A stretch of 64,000 nucleotides of DNA from assembly GCA_964016885.1 (NCBI GenBank), contig OZ024741.1:73408001-73472000 (forward strand), written 5' to 3'. The notes below the pieces were generated by a model, which saw nothing but the letters and a program-made list of their open reading frames with translations, made no database searches and was not told the DNA's origin. Within the stretch, counting starts at the first letter, position 1. Each line of letters opens with the position of its first letter. This document shows, piece after piece, positions 56,444-64,000 of the stretch. A program made the translations under genes and the position numbers. Source of the DNA: Eledone cirrhosa. Its lineage: Eukaryota.

Positions 56444-56866
56444 GTGTGGGGGGGGTGTATAAAGTTATAAAAGTGAATGGATATGTATCCTTTGATGTAT
56501 ATGCGAGTATTTCTATCTACTGAATCACCTACTGACTGAGTGATAGTATAATTGACTGATTTCATGTAAGTTTAATACACAAGCAGCATCAACGTAGCAC
56601 ATTGTTTAATAAAACTCGCTGTTTCAATTACTGTTGCAGTCCATCCGACGCTTTCCACATACATCCTAATTAAATATTACTCACAAGAAACAACGCAATG
56701 GGATCGAACCCGGAACAACCTCATGATTGTTGACCAGACTCTTTACCGCTCGACCATATATATATATATATATACACACATACATACACTCACACACACA
56801 CACACCCACGCACGCACATACATATATATATATATGTACATTATTTATATATATATATATATATAA

Positions 56867-57057
56867 GGGCGGGGGATTGGTAGTATCGGTAGAGGATCGG
56901 ACGCCATGCTTTTCAGCACAGTTACGTCCCTTTACGGACTGAGTTTAAATCCCGCCGAGGTTAACTTTGCTTTTCATCCTTACGGGGTCGATAAAATAAA
57001 GTACCAGTAATACACTGGGATAATTGCTGGCCTTGTGCCAAAAGTAGAAACAATTAT
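56867..57057 (+). mobile_element. Meta-type SINE, full length
   Basis: Close match to 20640-20824. Confidence 0.9.
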
Positions 57058-57287
57058 TTATATATATATAGATGTCAACATAAATGGACCTGTTATTTTT
57101 ATCTAAAGACTTTTTTTCCAATTCCAACCCGCCCGTTCCTTCAATCTATCTTATTTCTCACTCTTTCTTCTAATGAAAGACTAGACTCCGAAACATCAAG
57201 ACCCCTCTTCCTGCTATTTCAGGCATTAACCTAATATATTCCTTTCATATACTGTACCGTTTGTGTTGTTATTTCTGTTTACCTTTT

Positions 57288-57326
<39 letters not shown>

Positions 57327-57328
<2 letters not shown>

Positions 57329-57517
57329 GGAACCAGTAAGACCCCGACGGCTGAGCTCAAGCCGTCTCGACGGCTAATTCAGTCCAGAATTAGCCGTCGA
57401 AACGGCTTGAGCTCAGCCGTCGGGGTCTTACTGGTTCCTATTACCCACTCTACTACCCCAAGTATTAAGTACTTTGGTGCGTTATGGTCCACCTGGTTCC
57501 TTACCACATTTCCTTCG

Positions 57518-57520
<3 letters not shown>
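57327..57520 (+). mobile_element. Short hairpin-ended Penelope-type terminus
   Basis: About 55-bp inverted arms plus tail, in (TA)n. Homologous to the 30596 copy. Confidence 0.72.
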
Positions 57521-57591
<71 letters not shown>

Positions 57592-58177
57592 TGACAAACA
57601 CACACATACATATTAAATTTAAGCCACCAAGTATTTTTGTTTGTTTGTTTGCTTTTTTGTTTTGTTTTCTTCAAGAGAATAATGTATTCCACATTACAAT
57701 TTTTCAAGATAGGAAAGTGTTACTTGATTTATCTGCTATGTCTAGCATATCATGCGACATGTTTTCTTTACCTGATGGGTCAGCTTAGAAAATGGACAAC
57801 GTATGGTATCGATGATAAATAAAGAAGTGCCGAAAGTAATAAGTGAGAGTTTCGATTGACTAGAACCCTAGAGAACCAAGATAAATGTGCATGATCTGCT
57901 GATAAGAAGCCTAGAGGCTGCTAAAATGGCTACCAGATAGGCTACGAACGATTGATAACCACCATAAATAAATTTCGTTTGACATATAATGGCTACAGGT
58001 AGAATGGGATGTTTAGTTTACGTGTCTTTAAAGATGGGTGTGATGACAAGTTGTACTTCGTGATTTGCATCAGATTCTGGCCAGTTGGAGAGAGGAGACT
58101 AAATTGAGACATCAAGATATATATGTAAACATGGACGTGTGCATACACGCACAGAGAGAGAGAGTGTGTGTGTGTGT

Positions 58178-58209
<32 letters not shown>

Positions 58210-58244
58210 GTGTGTATGTGTGTTTGTGTGTGTGTGTGTGTGTA

Positions 58245-58356
<112 letters not shown>

Positions 58357-58399
58357 ATGAGGGAAAGAAAGCTAAATAGATAGATACAAAGATAGCTAG

Positions 58400-58444
<45 letters not shown>

Positions 58445-58448
<4 letters not shown>

Positions 58449-58930
58449 GGAATAGAATGAAACGAAATTTCATTTCTCAGTCTTAGTACGGCACTTACTT
58501 AAATGTAAGTATGTATGTATACGTACATACATATATGTATACAGACGTACAGTAGTATGTATATATATACATACATGCACACATAGATATATGCACGTAT
58601 CGGTTTACCGAACATTTATTATAATGTTGTAAACAAACAAACAGCCCGAATTACGCCGTACAGTGTTTAGGCAACCACGTCACCTTTTTTGTTCAACACT
58701 GACACAGGTACGATGTACTAGTTTCAAGCTTATTAGCTATCCTCAGCATCGTATACCTTCCTGCCAGATGGTTGAACGTCTGAAAGTATATACTTTCCTT
58801 ATGCATATTAACGGCTGAGCAGCCTAATTTGCATATTGAGTGAGTTCAGTAGGCCGGGCGCACCGAAACGATAAATGGAATAGAATGAAACGAAATTTAT
58901 TTCTCACTCTTAGTACGGCACTTACTTATA
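58445..58930 (-). mobile_element. Retrozyme-like non-coding element: ~425-nt unit with ~55-nt terminal direct repeat
   Basis: ATAAATGGAATAGAATGAAACGAAATTT...CTTAGTACGGCACTTACTTA occurs at both ends. Internal HHR. (TA)n on both sides. Confidence 0.8.
58709..58753 (-). ncRNA. Type I hammerhead ribozyme
   Basis: Reverse complement reads TACGATG-CTGAGGA-tAGCtaataaGCTt-GAAA-CTAG-TA-CATCGTA, with a perfect 7-bp stem I. Confidence 0.85.
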
Positions 58931-58933
58931 AAG

Positions 58934-59031
<98 letters not shown>

Positions 59032-59167
59032 CTTTTCACTATATATACACTCTACTTTCCCAAGACCGAGTACCGGTAACTCTCAATCTATATAAATATA
59101 AATATAAATCTCTTTATCCCCCCTCTCTCTTTCTCTCTCTCTCTCTTTCTCTGTATATATATATATA

Positions 59168-59236
<69 letters not shown>

Positions 59237-59354
59237 GAGAGAGAGAGAAGCGGAACATTTTGTAAACAAACTATTCTTAGTGAAAGCACTAATGCAGTAT
59301 CCTCCGGAATAAAAGCGTTTATATATCCATATAGAGTATATAACAACATATAAA

Positions 59355-59418
<64 letters not shown>

Positions 59419-59649
59419 AACATATTTAGCCCCATTGTATTTTCAACATCTGGGCGTAAGTAAACGAACATTGAAGGAGAGTAAGGAGAGTGAAATGCTC
59501 TTCAACACTGGTCACATCTTAAAATACACAGCTAGACAATTATATCTATTATAAGTAAACAAATTGTATACAGCTTTATAAATGCCTTGATGCTAAATGA
59601 CGGCATGTAAGTGTATCACTAGTTGATACGAGTCGGGAACTCTTACCAC

Positions 59650-59725
<76 letters not shown>

Positions 59726-60159
59726 GTGTGTGTTTCTATTTGTGTATGTGTGTGACCGTATGTATTTGACGACTGAAAGAAAAAAGTACAAAAAGTTTTA
59801 TTTTTAATAAAAAAAAAAAAAGACTGGCAAAAGAGACACTGAAAGACACTGAACTTCAAGATCTTCAGCCGTTGAGACTTAGACAGTCTGCACCCTACCA
59901 ACGGTACTGCTGGTCCAACCGTGTCACAGCGTCTGACAAACAAGACGTGGAGTAAAAGACAAGCAAAGCATTAGCTTACAGCAATTAAGTCATAACAGGT
60001 ACACATGGGATTTATGTGACAACTATAGCAAATATAGTCTCGTGAGACTGATAAAAGGGAGGTAAAAAAGAAGAGGAAAGTAAGAAATCTTGTTAAAAAA
60101 TGTAATCCATTGACATTATTGTGGGGAGAAAAATGAACACTTTCGTCAAAGATTAATAA

Positions 60160-60349
60160 TAATTGTTTCTACTTTTGGCACAAGGCCAGCAATTATTCTA
60201 GTGTATTACTGGTACTTTATTTTATCGACCCCGTAAGGATGAAAGGCAAAGTTAACCTTCGTGGGATTTGAACTCAGACCATAAAGGGCCGTAACTCTAT
60301 GCTGCAAGGCATGGTGTCTGACCCTCTATCGATACTGCCAATCCACCGT
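60160..60349 (-). mobile_element. Meta-type SINE, full length
   Basis: TSD CGTCAAAGATTAATAATAAT. Confidence 0.9.
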
Positions 60350-61425
60350 CAAAGATTAATAATAATAAAATTAGAATAATTGACAAACAGAAGACAAACA
60401 GAAGACAAACAGAAGACGAACGAAAAAAATATTTTTGAAATACACCCTCTAAGAATGATTATTTATTTTCTGCTGCACGAGCTGACATAAAAAATTGCGG
60501 GCTTCTCAATCAATTTGTGCGAAAACGTAAGCCAGATTGAGAGCAGACGAGGTCAGATGCGTCTGTGATTTTTTAATCGTTTATAACTTTAATCTCGACT
60601 CTTATCACCCTAATCTCCATTGTCTTCCTTTCTTTCTTTCTTCTTTACTTGTCACTTCTAAGTGTCAACACACTCCTCCACCAATCATCTCTATGTCTAA
60701 TCTACCTGTCACCCACCACACAATTTTAATTTTCTTTTTACCGACCACCGGCCACTGATTTCTGTCCCTAGGAGTATTTTTACCGAACTTACATGCTATT
60801 GTCATTGACGTCATTCGGCTGTTTTATCATGTTTCTTGCGTTGAAGTTTTCAAATTATTCCTATGAATTTCAAATTCCCTTACGCTTCGTCTCGATGTTT
60901 ATATATACATACATACATATATATGTATGCAAATATGCATACTGATATGATATATACATGTGAATGACACATCGAGTATTATAAACAATATATGCACGCA
61001 CGCACACACATACTCCCTCACAAAGCATTATACACGCTGTACATTCACTGAAACCATCCATAATTCAGTGTTCTTATTGGAAATTTAATAAACTGGTCGA
61101 TATAATGATGGCTTGGTTCCGTCTGCACCGTTTGTCATTAACTAAAGAGCATAATAACAGCTGCACACTGATGTTGCATGTGTGTATGAATATGTGTGTA
61201 CTGATATGCGTCTATATATGTTTATATATGCCTGTCTATGCATATGTGTGTATGGCAGTGTGTATGCATATATATGCATGTGAGAGTGTGTTTGTCTTTA
61301 TGTCAGTGAGTGTATAGCTTTAAACGTTCAAATGCATACACATGTTTATCTCATTCTCTCTCATATAAATGCATGCATATCCATATATATATATCTATCT
61401 ATATATATATATATATTTGTATATA

Positions 61426-61459
<34 letters not shown>

Positions 61460-61575
61460 CAAATATATATATATATATATATGCGTATACATACATATGT
61501 GTGTATGTGTGTAAACAAGTATATATATATATGCATATGCATATATATATACTTGTTTACACACATACACACATG

Positions 61576-61606
<31 letters not shown>

Positions 61607-61958
61607 GCATATCTATATATATATATATATACACGCATAAATATATATATATAAATATATATAAATGTATATATATAGTATGGTGAAATTTCGGTTTCAA
61701 CCTGATCGTTATGTATTCAAGTTTGTTTTCATAATCCACAATCCATCTGCCAGGTAAACACTTCAGGTCTGTTTTTCCTTCTATTTTTGATTATTATGGT
61801 TCTGTATTTATTATTGTAGTTCTTCAATTTATTATTGTTATTTGCTGTTTTCAAGAAATTTCCAGACATCAGCTGTAGAATTTCTACATTAGAATTGGCC
61901 ACATATTTAATATAAAAAAGCGTACTTAAATACACACACACTCACATAGAGATAGGGA

Positions 61959-62073
<115 letters not shown>

Positions 62074-62299
62074 ACAGTAAAGAAAGACGAACACAGATAT
62101 ATAACTATTTTCGTTCAAATCATAAGGGACGGAAAGCACATGGATCCGCGTGCCGGGCGGATCGAATAGAACGTAAGGCTACTAGAAAAATAGCAGCCAG
62201 AATCATCCGATATATTAAAAGCTCAACAAAAGCATAGGAGCTCAGTTTATCAAAAATATATATTGAGTTAAAAATTCACAATAGTCCATTATAATCAAA

Positions 62300-62368
<69 letters not shown>

Positions 62369-62369
62369 G

Positions 62370-63270
62370 TTATATTTGGGCGGGGGTGAGGGGGGGGCAT
62401 GTTGTCAAAATATTGCCAAAGCGTAGTAAAACACACTCAATTTGGTTTGGTTTTCGCTTCATTCCTTTTTTTTTTATTTTTATAAATAATTTAGCTGGCA
62501 ATCAATGTTTATCATTGATTGACCAACAGTTAAAAATATAAATATAAATATAGTTTCTCAAAATTCTTTCGTCACACATATTTGTGACATCTTCAATAAT
62601 TATTGCTGTGTTTCCTCCCGTTGTGTTTCTATAATGTTTTTCTTTTTTTGTCTGTTTGTGCATGCGTTTGTGTGCGTGTATTCTGTTTGGTGTATGCTCG
62701 TGCGTTCGTGTTTATGTGTTTATATTCTTTCTTTGGTCATGAGTATGTGCTTGTGTGTGGGTGTTGTTATTGCATCTGTGTATATTTATATTCAATCTTT
62801 GATCACTAGTTTGTGTTTGTAAAACTTACCCCTTTAAGAAAACCCGCTGTACAATAGGAAATGTGTAATATGTAGAGTAAGTCCACAAATAAATTGTAAA
62901 GCTAGAAACGTAGTGTATAGTAAAGATGTACAGAGGATGCCTGCAGAAACATAACAACGACGTACATAGGAGAGATAGCCCATAGCATAGGAGAGCGAAT
63001 AGATGAACACTGGAGTGAACTAAAAGGACAAAAATACAATTCAGTACTATATGAACACGCGAGAATAAACCATGATGGTAAAATAGACAACATAGAAGTT
63101 TTAAAAATATCTAAACATAGAAATGATTTCACAATTAGACAAATTAGGGAGGTTACAGAAATAGAATTAAGAATACCTAGGCTGAACAAAAATCATGAAT
63201 AGAATAACAACAACCATACACAAATAATAACTAGTGATCAAAGATAGAATATAAGTATAAACAAATCACA
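62370..63270 (+). mobile_element. Decayed Penelope-like (Neptune-like linker) GIY-YIG fragment with inverted pLTR
   Basis: Frameshifted CVICRVSPQINCKARNVVY / C...TYIGEIAHSIGERIDEH..SVLYEHARINH..RQIRE..IPRLNK at 62840-63202. 62770-62820 is inverted relative to 63210-63270. Decayed HHR on minus at ~62555-62600. Confidence 0.8.
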
Positions 63271-63505
63271 GTTCACCGTCAACAAATCAGGGACCCACAC
63301 ACTAGAAAGATCCTTCTAATACAACATTATAGAGGAATATGGAGGGCGAATTTTGCCAAATGTTGATGTCTTCCTATTCTACCAGTGTAGTCAAAATCTC
63401 ACTCAGTAAAAACGTATTAATAAGGAAAGATTGTTCATGAGTAAGTACCGACCAAAACTCAATTTTTTACACACTTAAAAAAAAATATTTTAATTAAAAA
63501 ACAAG

Positions 63506-64000
63506 CCTGAATTACATCCCTTGTAATGAACCATATTCTCATACAAGCGACAAAGCTAAAATCAATTCCGTCTCTTGTGTTCAAACATTTTCGAAAGACT
63601 GCGATGAAAATCTTTTTGAAAAGACTGTAAACACAGCTGGAAAAGGTAAGAGTGAACAAAAATATATGAATAATCATCAAATTGCTTAAAACGTGACTAT
63701 ACAAACATTCTAAATAACCAAGATGTTCATACAGAGCAGAGTATAATATCACATAATAAACGCAGAATCAGTGGTGCGACGAATAAGATTTATTAGATAT
63801 ATTTGTATAAAGCTATGCTTGAAGCGAAATCTTATTTCATTTCTATTATAAGTTGAGCCAACTTATACAACTTCATATGCAAATGAGATTAATCACCTCA
63901 TTTACACAGACGAGAAAACTATATATTCTCGACTGTTTTCAAGTCCAGCAGTCGTAAGCGGTGGGAGGGACCGTCCAGAAGAATGCCAGTCAAGCCAGTC
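63506..64000 (+). other. Possible pair of host exons (63506-63645 and 63910 to window end)
   Basis: Donor AAG|GTAAGA and acceptor TTTACACAG|AC join in phase to give an open frame (...EKTVNTAGK-DEKTIYSRLFSS...). No recognisable homology. Confidence 0.25.

Overview
This is AT-rich, microsatellite-saturated animal genomic DNA. The SINE types and repeat content look like octopus or another coleoid cephalopod (inference). I see no confidently identifiable host gene, and most ORFs in the track are translations of simple repeats. The window is mainly a community of retroelements living inside microsatellites. (1) An apparently intact, very young Penelope-like element (RT plus GIY-YIG, Naiad-like, 50891-55173) and many truncated or inverted Penelope relatives sit in (TA)n. 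(2) About ten hammerhead-ribozyme (HHR) motifs are present, including two small non-coding, terminally redundant retrozyme-like families with units of about 425 and about 495 nt. (3) R4/Dong-like RLE retrotransposons are all flanked by (CATA)n. (4) RTE fragments and an RTE-derived non-autonomous family with a covarying 3' hairpin and a (TGTA)n tail are present. (5) There are about 20 copies of a tRNA-derived Meta-type SINE, one of them split by a CRE-like fragment. (6) Helitron-like, mariner and hAT-like MITEs occur, plus a fold-back element carrying two convergent tRNA-like cassettes. All coordinates and folds were read by eye and need computational confirmation.
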